A stretch of DNA of 64,000 bases from Mobula hypostoma (taxonomy: Eukaryota): assembly GCF_963921235.1 (NCBI RefSeq), contig NC_086097.1, positions 26,042,001 through 26,106,000 of the forward strand, read 5' to 3'. Positions 49,671 through 62,681 of the stretch are shown piece by piece. Positions within the stretch are counted from its first letter, which is position 1; every line of letters begins with the position of its first letter. A program made the translations under genes and the position numbers. The notes below the pieces were generated by a model. It did no database searches. It had not been told where the DNA came from and saw only the letters and a program-made list of their open reading frames with translations.

Positions 49671-50089
49671 GCCCCACAGCAGCAGTCTATAAATAAAGCC
49701 ATTAGAAAGAAATTAATCATAATGATCAACGTAGACTTTATAAGGAGCTTTAACACGAGAGAAATTTCCTTTTAAGCTTTTACCACCACATCCGTGTCCA
49801 TTTCTTCAGCCAGGTGCCTTCACCCAAGACTGGGAGCACTTTCTATCATAGAATGCTAATTCCATCTGAGCATTTTTATTTGGCTTCTTACCTTCTGGAT
49901 CTATTCCCCATTCATTGCTAACTACTATAAATACCATTTACCCACTTCAACCTTTCTGAACACAGCACTGTTCTCACTATGTATGAACTTGGTGAAAAGG
50001 TAGTATTGTTTCGATATGGCAAAATGACCACTTGTAAAGGCCAAATGTTAGCTCACAAACACTTTCTCATATCTCCCTCTGGGGCACAA

Positions 50090-50520
50090 ATTCAGTACTG
50101 AACATCAGAGTACAGTGCCCCAGACATTCACTGACCTCATTTATTCAGGAGATCTTCTCTCCAGTTTGTAATTTCAGTTTCTCAACCCAGCTTCCTCCTC
50201 AAAAAAAATAGTTTGAGGCAGATTTGTTCATTCAGCCTGCTCTGTCCTACAAAATGTGCTTCTTCAAACCTCAACTCTATCCTATCTTCCCTTGTCCAAA
50301 CTCTTTCCAATTATATCCATGACATCTCTGATGCCTTCTATTATTTTGATAATTTCCAGTTTTTTGGTTTCAACCAGCTGATCTTCACCATGAATGTGCA
50401 ATCGCTCTACACTTTCAATCCACATTGGGTTGGTTTGGGGGCCCTCCACTTTGAACTGTGATCTAACCATTTCTCCTCCATCAACATACTCATAAACCTG
50501 GCTGACTTTTATTGGATTGG
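50090..50520 (+). mobile_element. Old Penelope RT fragment
   Basis: LVQTLSNYIHD...LIFTMNVQSLYT, resembling the PLE RT motif FTMDVxSLYT. Confidence 0.6.
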
Positions 50521-50820
50521 GCATAGAATTGCAGTTGTCTCATAGTTTAATTTGCCTATGCCTGCTCGTATTTTCAAACAATCACCTATATACATTAAGT
50601 TGTCCAGTGAATTTTCTAGTAATTACAATGAAGTTGCCTCTGTTTTTTTTTAGAAACTTATTAGTTTTCAGTAGAAAGTGTCAAGCCACTTAAATCTGGC
50701 CATTTTATAGGTTAATTGTTACCAATGAATTTGTGTTATCTCTAGTCCAAGTATGAGACTGCTTTTTCTTTTCATTTTTTCTTTGTTCTCTTGGCTCCTC
50801 TTTCTTGTTCATTTTCTGGT

Positions 50821-52710
50821 CTTAGAACAGTACAGAACAAGCTCTTTGCCCCACAGTGTTATGCCAAACCAAATAAATTAGTAATCAAATGGCCTACTAA
50901 ACTAATCCCTTATGCCTACACAAAGTCCATATCCCTCCATTTTCCTCATATTCATGTGCCTAACTAAACGCCTCCTACATCTTTAATGTATCTACCTCTA
51001 CCTTCACCTCAGGCAGCACTTTCCAGGCACCCACTATTCCTTGTGTAAAAAAAAATTGCCTCACACCTTTAAAATGACCTCCTCTCATCTTAAATGCATG
51101 GCCTCTTGTACGAGACATTTCAACCTGGGAAAAAGATACTGTCTGCTTATCTATGCCTCTCAATCTTTGAAAGCTCTATCAGATCTCTCCTCAACCTCCA
51201 CTGCTCCAGTTTGTCCAACTCAAGTTTGTCCAACCTTAAGTTATAGCACATGCCTCTAATCCAGGCAGCATCCCCCCCACCCCCACCCCCACCCCGCCCA
51301 AACATCTTCTGCACCCTCTCCAAAGCCTCAACATTCATCCTAGAATGTGATGACCAGAACTGTCTGCAATACCTGAGACACAAAATGCTGGAGGAACTCA
51401 GCAGGCCAGGCGGCATCTATGGAAAAGAGTATTGCCGATGTTTCAGCCCGAAACATCAACAGTACCCTTTTCCATAGATGATGCCTGGCCACCTGACTTC
51501 CTCCAGCATTTTGTATGTGTTGTTTGTGAAACCCCGCAGGTTTCCTTGGTTGCACGTGTCTATGGAACACACACACTGGTCCCGGCAAACCCATGAGATT
51601 GAGATGGCTCTCTCACCCCAAACCCCAGTTTGTGTGGATGCCGTGTGATCTGCTACCCTGTTACAATTCAGTGCCAAGAAATAACAGACAGTACACATCA
51701 TATGGTTAAAGGAATTATATTTATGAATCTTAATTTAACTAAAGGGTTAGTAAAGAAAAGAAAGAAAAATACAAAAAGGGCCCATTATAATTAAACAATC
51801 AAATGTACACAAGTTGGAGCTCAACTCTCTCAAAAGTCATACATATTCACCAATCCTCAGTAGACCCCGGCACCTTGCTCCATCGAATCATGGTCACCCA
51901 CCTGGTCAAATCCTAAAACCAGTTCTCTCCAGGGTCTTCTCTCTTCATCTCCTGCCGAACCAAAAAAAACCCAAGAACAACCTTGGTGTCCCTCATAAAA
52001 CCTCCCAGTTCTACCATCCTAACTGAATGACACCACATTTCTCAGCATCCTTCATCTTCAATAACCCAAACAAGCTGAAAGCGGAACAGACCACTCTTAC
52101 AGAACTGCTAAAATGAAATACCTACAGCATAGCAGTAATAAAAAATGTGAACCAGGGTGTTACACTTTTCAGCATCTGCAGATTTTCCTTTGTTTGTGAT
52201 TGCAATACTCTAGATGCGATCTAACTAGAGTTTATAGAGCTAAACATAACTTGCTGACTTTTGAACCCAATGCTTCAACAAATAAAGACAAGATTGCCAT
52301 TTGCCTTCGTAACCACCCTCACAATCTGTGTAGCCACTTTCAGGGAACTATGAACTTAGAATCCAAGATTCCTCTGCTTATCAACTCTGTTAAGGGTCTT
52401 GCCCTTAACAGAGATGACAGGTCATCTTTCTGTTTGACCTGCCAAGGTGCAACACTTTACATTTGGTTGTGTTAACTCCACCTGTCATTTCTCCACCCAT
52501 ATCTGCAACTGATCTATATTCCACTGTATCCTTTGCCTGTCTTCAATACCATCCACAACACCAGCAAATCTTCATATCATCTACATACTTACAAACCACC
52601 AATCTCCATATCATCCGCAACCTTACGAACTCACCCATCTACATTTTCATCCATGTCATTTACATACATCACAAACAGCAGAGGTTCCAGTACAGTACAC
52701 TCTTGTAATA
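50821..52710 (-). mobile_element. Old CR1 fragment interrupted by a Penelope palindrome and a solo LTR
   Basis: RTRGHAFKMRGG, ALERVQK and related motifs on both sides of the insertions. Confidence 0.75.
51525..52164 (-). mobile_element. Second solo LTR (~640 bp), different family
   Basis: TGTGAAACCC...GGGTGTTACA imperfect terminal repeats; interrupts a Penelope tail that resumes at ~52166; TSD not clean. Confidence 0.65.
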
Positions 52711-52859
52711 CTTAATAAAACAAGTTTTATGCCTCATTCTTGACTTCCAAAAAACCTTTAGATTGCAAAGCATCAAGATCCAAAACCCTGTTCTTACACT
52801 GAACATCTTTTCCTTCAGCTCACTTACTCTTTGCACAAAGATAAAGCTCTGGATAGTTG

Positions 52860-55800
52860 CACAAACCCAAATTACATCAACAAAGAGAAGGGATTTGTTG
52901 AATGCCTGTGAGATGGCTTTTTAAAGCAGCCTGAGCTTCAGCCTACTCGGGGAAAGGCCATCATAGATTGGGTGTTGTATAATAGGAGACAGTGATCATA
53001 ATATGATTGAATTCATATTGCAATTTGAGAAGAAGCATAACTCACATGTATCAGTATCGCAGGTTGGAAGTGCAACACAATCTATCAAGGCAGCCTCCAA
53101 CCTGATGGCATGAACATCGATTTCTCCAACTTCCAGTACATTTTCCACCTTCTCCCTCCCTTTTCAATTTCCCAGTCTGGCCTTCTTCTCTTCTTCTCAC
53201 CTTTCCCTGGTGCCCCTCGTCCTTCCCTTTCTCCCATGGTTCACTTTCCTCTCTTTATCAGATTCCTCTCCAGCCCTTTACCTTTTCCACCCATCAACTC
53301 CCAGTTCCTTACTTCAACCCCCTTCCCTCACCCACCTGGCTTCACTTATTGTTTGTCAATGATTTAGATAATGGAATTGATGGCTTTGCAGCAAAGTTTG
53401 CAGATGATACAGAGATAGGTGGAGGGGTAGGTAGTGCTGAGGAAGCAGGACTTAGAAAAATTGAAAGAATGGGGAAAAAAGTGGTAGATGGAATACAGGG
53501 TCGGGAAATGTATGACAATGCATTTTGGTAAAGGGAACAATAGTGCAGACTATTATCTAAATGGGGAGAAGGTTCAAACATCAGGGGTGCAGAGGGACTT
53601 GAGAATCCTCATGCAAGGCTCCCAGAAGGTTAATTTACAGGTTGAGTCTATGGTAAAGGCAGCAAATGCAATGTTGGCATTTATTTCAAGGGGAATAGAA
53701 TATAAAAGCAAGGAGATAATGCTGAGTCTTTATAAGACACTAGATAGGCTGCATTTGCAATACTGTCAACAGTTTTGGGCCCCATATCTCAGAAAGGATG
53801 TGTTGTCATTGGAGAGAGTCCAGAGGAAGTTCACAAGTATGAGTCCAGGAATGAAGGAGTTACCATTTGAGAAGTGTTTGACAGCCTTACTCACCTGTAC
53901 TCACTGGAATTTAGAAGAATGCGAGGGATCTCATTGAAACCTGCCGAATGTTGAAAGGACTAGACAGGGTGGATGTGGAGAGGATATTTCCTATGGTAGG
54001 GGTATCCCGAACTAGAGGGCACAGCCTCAAAATTGAGGGGCAACCCTTTAGAACGGAGGTAAGGAGGAATTTTTTTAGCCAGAGTGTACTCAATCTGACT
54101 CTCCTTTGTCTACCCTGCCTTTTATCTTCTCAAATAATTCTAATAGATTTATCAGGCAAGATTTCCCTTAAAAAATCATGCCAACTTTAACCTACTTTAT
54201 CATGTGCCTCCAAACATACCAAAACCTTATCCTTAATAATGGACTGCAACATTTTGCCAACCACTGAAATCAGGTTTACTGACCTATAATGTCCTTTCTT
54301 TTGCCCCCTCCCTTCTTAAAGAGTGGAATAGCATTTACAATTTTCCAGTCCTCTGGAACCAGGATCTAGTGATTCCTGAAAGATCATTATTAATGCCTCG
54401 AAAACCTCTTCATCTACCTCTTTCAGAACCCTAGGGTGCAGTCCATCTGGTACAGGTGACATACTGCTAGTTATTCCACATTGAAGACTGACTCAAATTA
54501 CATATTAATTTCGTCTGCCCTTCCTTTAACCCCTAGTATCACCCCTTCAACATTATTTTCTAAAGGTCCAATATCCATTCACCTCTCTTTATATAGCTGC
54601 TAAAACTTTTGGCATCCTCTTTTAAATTACTGGGTAGCTTACCTTCATATTTCATCTTTTCTCTCCTTGTGGCTTTTTAGTTGCCTTCTGTTGGTTTTTC
54701 AAAGTTTCCCAGTCCTCCAACTTCCCACTAATTTTTGCTATATTATATGCCTTCTCTTTTGCTTTTATGCTGTCTTTGACTTCCCTTGTCAGCCTAAGTT
54801 GCCTCATCTTCCTTTTAGAATACTTCTTCATCTTTGGGATGTATCTATCCTGTGCATTCCGAATTGCCCTCAGAAACACCAACCATTGCTGTTGTGTCAT
54901 CATCCATGCTAGTGTCCCTTTCCAATCAACTTTGGCCAATCAACAACTTCTCTCTTGTCTCTGTAATTTCCCTTACTAGACTGTAATACTGATACCCCCT
55001 TTCCCTCTCAAACTGCAGCATGGATTCTTAAATATTATAATCAGTCCCTCCCAATGGTTCCTTTACTTTAAACTCCCTAATCAAATCTGGTTGATTATCC
55101 ACACCCAATCCATAAATGCCTTTCCCTAGTAGGTGCAACAACAAGCTGCTCTAAAAAGCCACCTCATATGCATTCTATTTATTTCCTGTTTTGGGATCTA
55201 GCACCTACCCAATTTCGCCAATCTACCTGCATATTGAAATCCCTCCTGACTATACTTACATGCTTTTTCTATCTTCTATTTTCTGTTGTAATTTATATCC
55301 CACATACTGGCTACTGTTCAGAGGAGTGTACAGTATATACAGGTAGGTCTAATCAAGATCTTTTCACTCTTGCAGTTTCTTAATTCTACCCACTAGGTTT
55401 CTACACCTTCCTGTCTATTGAATCTCAGAGTTGTATATGGTGACATATATGTACTTTGATAATAAATTAATTTTGAACTTTGAACTATGTCACCTCTTTC
55501 TAAGGAGATTTGATTTCATGTTTTACCAACAGAACCACCCGATGCTCTCTGCCTACCTGCTGGTCCTTTTGATACAAGGTATATCCTTGGATGTTAAGCT
55601 CTAAACTATAATCTTCTTTCAGCTATGACTGAGTGATGTCCACAGCATCATTCATATCCGCAATCTCTAACTGTGTGACAATATTTGTTTTTTTTATTAT
55701 TGTGCTCTTTATCTTATTGTATATTTTTGTGCTGCATTAGATCTGCAGTAATAATTATTTTGATCTCCTTTCCATGTGTGTACTGGAAATTACATTAAGT

Positions 55801-56110
55801 AATCTTGAATCTTCACTCCAAAAAGAAAAATCATAGTTCATTCAACGATCTTCAGGCTCACTAATCTAGGCAGCATCCTGGTAAATCTCCTCTGCATCCT
55901 CTATAAAGCTTCCACATTCTTCCTATAAGGAGGTGACCAAAGCTGAAAACAATATACCAAATGTGGTCTAACCGGGTTTTACAGAGGTACATTACCTCAC
56001 AGCTCTTGAACTCAATCCCCCAACTAATGAAAGCCTTCTTAACAACCCTATCAATTCGTGTGGCATCTTTGAGGGATCGACGGATATGGACCCCAAGATC
56101 CCGCTGTTCT
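52860..56110. mobile_element. Mosaic of CR1 fragments (+ 53347-54088; - 54090-55680; - 55850-56110) and a Penelope fragment (~53060-53345, +)
   Basis: VNDLD..KFADD, YKTL..HLQYCQQFWAP, LQPDGMNIDFSN. Confidence 0.8.
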
Positions 56111-56114
56111 TCCG

Positions 56115-56330
56115 CAGGAGGAGTTTACGTGTGTACCCTGAGTTTTATGTGTGAATCATTTAACAGATCTGTTAACAATCTGAGAAGATGAAGCTTTAGA
56201 ATAAACTTGCAATTTTTTTTTCAATCTTTAAGATAATGTCTTTTTTGAGACAATGTAAGTGTTGTTACTTCAATGTACTCGTGTTATTTCTTTTGTATAA
56301 TATAACAATAAAAAGATTTGAAAAGAAAGA
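56115..56330 (+). mobile_element. L1-type 3' UTR fragment
   Basis: T-rich body ending CAATAAAAAGATTTGAAAAGAAAG, like the tail at 47416-47438. Confidence 0.5.
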
Positions 56331-56437
56331 ATAAATTCGCAAATTATTAATAAGAACTTCTTTAACTAACTAAAAGGGAAAAAATTCCAGAAAGCATTCA
56401 GTAAAGTGCTACATAAAAGGATGCTGTATACTAATCT

Positions 56438-56690
56438 GGCACGGTAGCGTAGTGGTTAGCGTAACACTTTACAACACCAGTGACCCAGGTTCAGTTCTGC
56501 TGCAGTCTGTAAGGAGTTAGTACATTCTTCCCAGGACCTCGTGGGTTTCCTCTGGGTGCTCCTGTTTCTTCCCACATTCCAAAGATGTATGAATTAGTAG
56601 TTTAATTGTTCACATGGGTAAAAATGGGTAGTGCGGGTTTGTTGAGCTGGGAGGGCCTATTACCATGCAGTACTTCTAAATAAAAAAAAC
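56438..56690 (+). mobile_element. tRNA-derived V-SINE (HE1-like), near full length
   Basis: Pol III A box TAGCGTAGTGG and B-box-like GGTTCAGTTC; V-domain GTGGGTTTCCTCTGGGTGCTCC..TTTCTTCCCACA; A tail. Confidence 0.8.
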
Positions 56691-56859
56691 ATCATGGATA
56701 CAGGGTCAAAGCAAACAAGCCCATAAAATTCTCTCAACCACAGACCCTTCTATTGTTTTCTGAAATGTTGGCTACCCTTCTACAAGATCTGATGTTTCGA
56801 TGAAGGGTCTCAGCCCAAGGGAACTTACACCTGCAGCTCAATGGAGTAACACACAAATT

Positions 56860-59800
56860 TTGTGGCTGCCTTTAATTCCTCCTTTTCCCCCAGTTTAAAC
56901 TTTGAATTTTTAACTTATATTTGTCAGATGTTGGAGAGGAATAGTTGTCATTATGTTACAATCTTTAAGAAGTGGAAAGCAGCTTTCTGAATCCAGCAAT
57001 GGAAAGGGAAAAACTTCAAAAGAAAAATCAGAAGATATGCCTGTCTGGGCTAAGCGTTTAGAACGTGCGTTGGTGCTCCCGACAAGAAAATAGACAATAA
57101 CATTTCTGAGACTAAGTCGTTCCGACAGAGTTTTCAGTTTGTAGAGGAAAATATTATTTCCTTGAATACTGAGCTTAAAGAGTCGAAGCATCAAATAGCG
57201 GATATTTCAGCTCGCTTGGAACAGGCTCAACGCAGGATAGTCAATTTAGAAGCAAGATCTCGTCGGAATAACATTCGAATTGTTGGATTGAAGGAAGGAT
57301 CTGACAGTGGGAATTTATTGGACTATTTTGCTAACTTGTTTCAATCGCTGTTTCCGGATATTCTACCTCAGCCTCCTGCTATTGAAAAAGCACATAGAAT
57401 TTTTTCAAAATCTCAAGATTCATCTAAATCACGGGTAATTTTGGTCAGTTTTCTTAGTTTCAAAGTTAAAGACCAAATCATAAAATGTGCAAGGAAATAG
57501 TTTTTAAATTTACCGGCTCTGAAATTCGTTTTTATGAAGATTATCCACGGGAAGTTATGGAAAAGCGGATCAGATTTGTTCCAGCTATGAAGATAGCCCA
57601 TGCTAAGGGATTATTTCTATCACTTCGCTATCCAGCCCAATTAAAGTTATTTCCTAAAGATTCGACTCCATGTGTTTTTTTGGATCCCCAAACGGCACTG
57701 GACTATGTTAATTCTATTTTGGTGGTGGCCGAGGTCTGAATCGTATTAGGTCTGCTGAATAACTTTCCGAAAGAAAACAGGCTTTGAAGATTTCTGATAT
57801 GTTGAAGATATCCTTTGATTGATGGATTATTTAAAGAAGATGTGAACTTCTTGATTTGACTGATGGATGATTTATTTGAAGTCTGTTTGGTACACTGAGT
57901 GAATTAACACAACAGACAGATTGTTAATTTTATTTTTCCTTTTCTTCATTAATTAAGTGATAGTTTTTTATAGCTTATATAGACTTTTTCTATATGAGAG
58001 AGATAGAGATAGAGATAGAGATAGAGATAGAGATAGAGATAGAGATAGAGATAGAGATAGAGATAGAGATAGAGATAGAGATAGAGATAGAGATAGAGAT
58101 AGAGATAGAGATAGAGATAGAGATAGAGATAGAGATAGAGATAGAGATAGAGATAGAGATAGAGATAGAGATAGAGATAGAGATAGAGATAGAGATAGAG
58201 ATAGAGATAGAGATAGAGATAGAGATAGAGATAGAGATAGAGATAGAGATAGAGATAGAGATAGAGATAGAGAGAGAGATAGAGAGATAGAGAGATAGAG
58301 AGATAGAGAGATAGAGAGATAGAGATAGAGATATAAAGAGCAAGCACGAGGAGTGCTTAGTAAATAGATGATTAGTTTTAGTTTTTCTGTCAAAAACAGT
58401 GCTTATTCATCAGGCAGTAAGTCAAGGGATAATGGCGCTGATTTTTTTCGTTAGAGATTATATTGTTCAGGCTTAATTTTTTTTTGCTTTAACATCTCTG
58501 GAGACTGTTTTTGCATTTCCCCAGTTTATTTTTAATGATTAAATATGAACATCATTTGTTTCGCTGTCAGGCTTTCTTATCTTGGGTCCGTGTGCTTTTT
58601 TCGGGTTTTTTTTTGTAAAGGGGAGGGGGGGGGAATTAAGAAAACTTTTAAAATCACTATCTAAATTGAGCAGCTCGTGGAGTTCTGTTTCTTTTTACTT
58701 TCTCTATGGGAACACATTCCGGCTTATTTCTTCTTTTTGCCGGATCTCCTTCTTTTGGGATGGTGGGAGGATTGGGGGTAGTTTTGAATTATAGGTTTTA
58801 TAGTTGGATTAATTATATTTCTTTCATTTTTTTCTTCTCATATTTTTTCCTATTATGGAGTTCCAAAGCATGCGTGTTTTCTATATGGTTATACTCATCA
58901 CCGCCATTTTTGATTAGCCTGTGTTGGTATGAGCGCATTTTCATGTTAAAAATATTTTATGGCAGTTAAACAGATAAACGTTATTAATTGGAATGTACGT
59001 GGCTGGAATCACCCTATTAAGCGAAAGAAGACTTTTAAAATTATTAACAGATTCCAGCCCAATATAATTTTTGCTCAAGAAACGCATATCAGAACAGACG
59101 ATCAAAATAGATTTTTTAAAATCGTGGCAGGGCCTTCAATATCATGCCACTTGTCAAAATAAAACAAAGGGGGTATCTATTTTTATTAAATCTAATATTT
59201 TATTTATCCAAGATATCATGTCAGATATTAATGGTAGATTTTTAATTGTCAAAGGAACAATTTGCAATAGAAAAATTGTCCTGGTTAATCTATATGGACC
59301 TAATATAGATGATCCTTTTTTTTAAAGATGTATTCGGTTTATTGCCAGATTTAAATGAATATATGTTGCTAATAGGTAGTGATTTTAACTGTTGTTTAAA
59401 TCCTTTGATTGACAAGAGTTCAACCAATCAGCGACTTCCAAGTTGTTCAGCGTCACTTATTAACACTTTTTTAATTGATTATGGTTTGATTGAAATCTGG
59501 AGAAATTTACATCCTAATGATAGAGATTATTCTTTTTATTCACATGGTCATAAAAATATTCAAGAATTTATTATTTTATAGCTGATTTCCGATTTTTATC
59601 CAAAGTCTAGAAATGTGAATATGACGCTATCGCTGTTTCGGATCATGTGCTCTTAAGCTTAACTTTTGAATTGAATGATGTCAGTATTGTAAATTTGCCT
59701 CGGCGTTTTCCAGAAAATTATTACAAAGTTCGGACTTCGTCAAATTTATTGAGACTCAGACAAAAGATTTTTTTCTTTTTAATAATACTGGAGATGTGTC

Positions 59801-60292
59801 AAAATCAATTATATGGGATACACTTAAAGCATATTTGTGAGGTCAGATAATCTCCTATTTGGCTAAGCTTAAGAAACAGACAAAAATAGAGTTAGATAAG
59901 ATTTCAAAACCAAATTAAAGGCTTGGATAATATTTATGCAGTCTCACCTAACATTGATTTGTTTAAACAAAGGGTTGAACTTCAATCACAATATAATTTA
60001 CTATTAACTTGTCCTATTGAAAAAAATTTGCTTAAATTAAAAAGTCAATTTTATATGTTTAGAGACAAAAATAATAAGCTATTAGCATCCCAATTAAAGG
60101 CAGCTGGAGCTAAAAGACAGATTTTAAAAATTCATAAGGGAGATGGTAGCTTAGCTTGTAATTATGAAGACATTAATAACATTTTTCAGGACTTTTACAG
60201 TGAACTCTATAAATCTCCATTTCCAGCTGATCCTTCTAAAATGAATACCTTTTTACAAAAGATTGATTTTCCTAGAATATCTGTTGAAGATC
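56860..60292 (+). mobile_element. Second L1-clade LINE, 5' half (ORF1 ~56953-57739; ORF2 APE from 58959), interrupted by CR1
   Basis: NLEARSRRNNIRIVGLKEG; INWNVRGWNHPIKRKK, AQETH, NLYGPN, SDFN, SDH. Confidence 0.9.
57996..58333. repeat. (AGATAG)n microsatellite, ~45 perfect units followed by AGATAGAG variants, in the L1 inter-ORF spacer
   Basis: Direct reading of the sequence; explains the poly-DR/IE/LY/SL ORFs. Confidence 0.99.
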
Positions 60293-61376
60293 CAACACCC
60301 TGTAGCCATTCCCCTGAATAATAAGTTTACCATCCTGGATACTGTTGGTGGGGACGACCGACCAGGTGTGAGCCATGGTGGCAGGGCCTCCAGCATTGAG
60401 TCTGACCCGGTGGTGCAGAAGGGTGGACGGAGAAGAGGACAGCTGTCGTCATTGGAAACTCTACAGTCAGGGGAGCAGACAGGAGATTTTGTGGATGTAA
60501 GAAGGACACCCGCATGGTTTGTTGCCTCCCGGGTGCCAGGGTCCGGGATGTCTCTGACCGGGTGCATGACATCCTGGTACGAGAGGGAAAGCAACCAGAA
60601 GTCGTGATACATGTTGGGACCAACGACATAGGCAGGAAGAGGGATGAGGTCGTGAGGCTGAAGAACAGAACCTCAAGGGTAGCGTTCTCAGGATTGCTGC
60701 CAGTGCTATGTGACAGTGATGGTAAAAATTGGAGGAGATGGCAGTTGAATGCATGGCTGAGGAGTTGGTGCAGGGAGCAGGGTTTTAGATTTTTGGATCA
60801 TTGGGATCTCTTCTGGGGAAGGTGGGACCTGTACAGATTGGATGGGTTGCACCTGAACTCGAGGGGGACCAATATCCTTGCAGGTAAGTTTGCAAGCATG
60901 GTTCGGGAGGGTTTAAACTAATTTGCAAGGGGGATGGGACCCAGAGTGATAGAGCAGTGAAAGAAGTGCATGGAGTAAAGCCAGATCTAACATTTAGACA
61001 GGCTTTGAGGAAAGAGAAGCAGAATAAATGGTGTAAAGATAGTAAGGTAGAAGGGCTGAAATGTATGTACCTCAATCAGGAACAAAGGTGATGAACTGAG
61101 AGGTTGGATACATACATGGAATTATGATGTAGTGGCCATTACAGAGACTTGGCTGGCACCAGGGCAGGAATGGATTCTCAATATTCCTGGATTTCAGAGC
61201 TTTAAAAGGGATAGAGAGGGCGGAAAAAGGGGAAGAGAGGTGGCATTACTGGTCAGGGATACTATTACAGCTACAGAAAGGGTGGGTAATGTAGCAGGAT
61301 CCTCTTTTGAGTCAATATGGGTGGAAGTCAGGAACAGGAAGGGAGCAGTTACTTTACTGGGGGTATTCTATAGGCC
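60293..61376 (+). mobile_element. 5'-truncated CR1 (ORF1 esterase plus start of ORF2 APE), interrupted by a gypsy element
   Basis: IPLNNKFTILD, CCLPGARVRDV, HVGTNDIG, DGLHLN; AITETWL, VTLLGVFYRP. Confidence 0.9.
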
Positions 61377-61661
61377 TGTAGCAATGTGCTACACACAGCG
61401 CTAGAATAACCACACGGAGTCGGTGAGTTAGAGTTGTGATGAAAGAGATTTATTCAAACTTCGCGGCCCGCTTTAAAGCCTTTGCGTTCCCGCCCTCCCT
61501 GGGCGGGACTACTGTGGGGAATGTATATTCCCAGACCCTTTCTGCGCGCAGGATTTTCCCCCTGCTAGTGAAGATGGCTTGGCGCCCTTTTTGCTGCCGG
61601 CCCCCTGCCTGTGCGCGCTGTTGTGAGCCGGTTCATGTGTGCCAGAAAGTGGGTCGCCACA
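61377..61661 (-). repeat. 3' LTR (285 bp)
   Basis: TGTGGCG...TTGCTACA ends; AATAAA on the minus strand at ~61449-61454; adjacent to the PPT. Confidence 0.9.
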
Positions 61662-62681
61662 TAACCCCCCCCCCCCAGAACCGGCGATACCTCCCCCAAT
61701 GTCCACAGTCTGGATCGGCCTCTGTTTGGGAGGTCTACCCCTGCGCCACCGTGCCTGAGCCTGGACCGGTTGCGCCAAGTCCACATGGGCCGGTTTGAGT
61801 CGGTCCACCGTGAATACCTCCTCTCTCCCCCCAATGTCCAGCACGAACGTGGACCCATTGTTCCTGATCACCTTAAACGGTCCCTCGTAGGGCCGCTGTA
61901 GCGGTGCCCGGTGTCCGCCCCGTCGTACAAAAAGAAACTTACAGTTCTGCAGGTCTTTGGGTACGCAGGTCGGGCTCTGTCCGTGCTGTGAAGTGGGTAT
62001 GGGGGCCAGGTTACCGAGCCTCTCTCGTAGTCTGTCCAGGACTGCTGTGGGTTCTCCCTCTTGCCCCCTTGGGGCTGATATGAACTCTCCTGGGACGACC
62101 AGGGGCGCGCCGTACACCAACTCGGCCGACGAGGTGTGTAGATCCTCCTTGGGCGCCGTGCGGATTCCGAGCAGGACCCAGGGTAGTTCGTCCACCCAGT
62201 TAGGCCCCTCCAGGCGGGCCATGAGAGCCGATTTCAGGTGACGGTGGAAGTGCTCCACCAGTCCGTTCGACTGTGGGTGGTAGGCAGTTGTGTGGTGTAG
62301 CTGTGTTCCTAAAAGGCTGGCCATAGCCGACCACAGGCTGGAGGTGAACTGGGCGCCCCTGTCGGAGGTAATGTGGGCCGGTACCCCAAAGCGTGCTACC
62401 CAGGTTGCGATCAGTGCTCGGGCGCAGGATTCGGAGGTGGTGTCGCTGAGCGGGACTGCCTCTGGCCATCTGGTGAACCGGTCTATCATAGTTAGGAGGT
62501 ACCGAGCTCCTCGTGACACTGGGAGGAGCCCCACGATATCCACATGGATGTGGTCGAACCTCCGGCGGGTGGGTTCGAACTGCTGCGGTGGAGCCTTGGT
62601 GTGCCGCTGCAACTTGGCCATTTGGCACTGCATGCACGTTTTGGCCCATTCACTGACCTGTTTACGCAGTCCATGCCACAC
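61509..62681 (-). CDS. Gypsy integrase (end of the Zn-binding domain, DDE core, GPY/F module); the frame runs into the LTR
   Basis: 390-aa ORF with CMQC, D-D35-E and PYEGPF. Confidence 0.9.
   Translation of the reverse strand: MWHGLRKQVSEWAKTCMQCQMAKLQRHTKAPPQQFEPTRRRFDHIHVDIVGLLPVSRGARYLLTMIDRFTRWPEAVPLSDTTSESCARALIATWVARFGVPAHITSDRGAQFTSSLWSAMASLLGTQLHHTTAYHPQSNGLVEHFHRHLKSALMARLEGPNWVDELPWVLLGIRTAPKEDLHTSSAELVYGAPLVVPGEFISAPRGQEGEPTAVLDRLRERLGNLAPIPTSQHGQSPTCVPKDLQNCKFLFVRRGGHRAPLQRPYEGPFKVIRNNGSTFVLDIGGREEVFTVDRLKPAHVDLAQPVQAQARWRRGRPPKQRPIQTVDIGGGIAGSGGGGLCGDPLSGTHEPAHNSAHRQGAGSKKGAKPSSLAGGKSCAQKGSGNIHSPQ

Noticed and set aside
53347..55680. Convergent CR1 pieces as a twin-priming product
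   Set aside because: The geometry is tail-to-tail and the 3' tail is missing; independent fragments or a later rearrangement are more likely
56438..56510. tRNA-like sequence with A/B boxes
   Set aside because: It is a SINE head; there is no complete cloverleaf and it continues into the V-domain
57949..58393. Five ORFs with poly-DR, IE, LY, SL and SI tracts
   Set aside because: They are translations of the (AGATAG)n microsatellite, not proteins; there are no spacers, so it is not a CRISPR array
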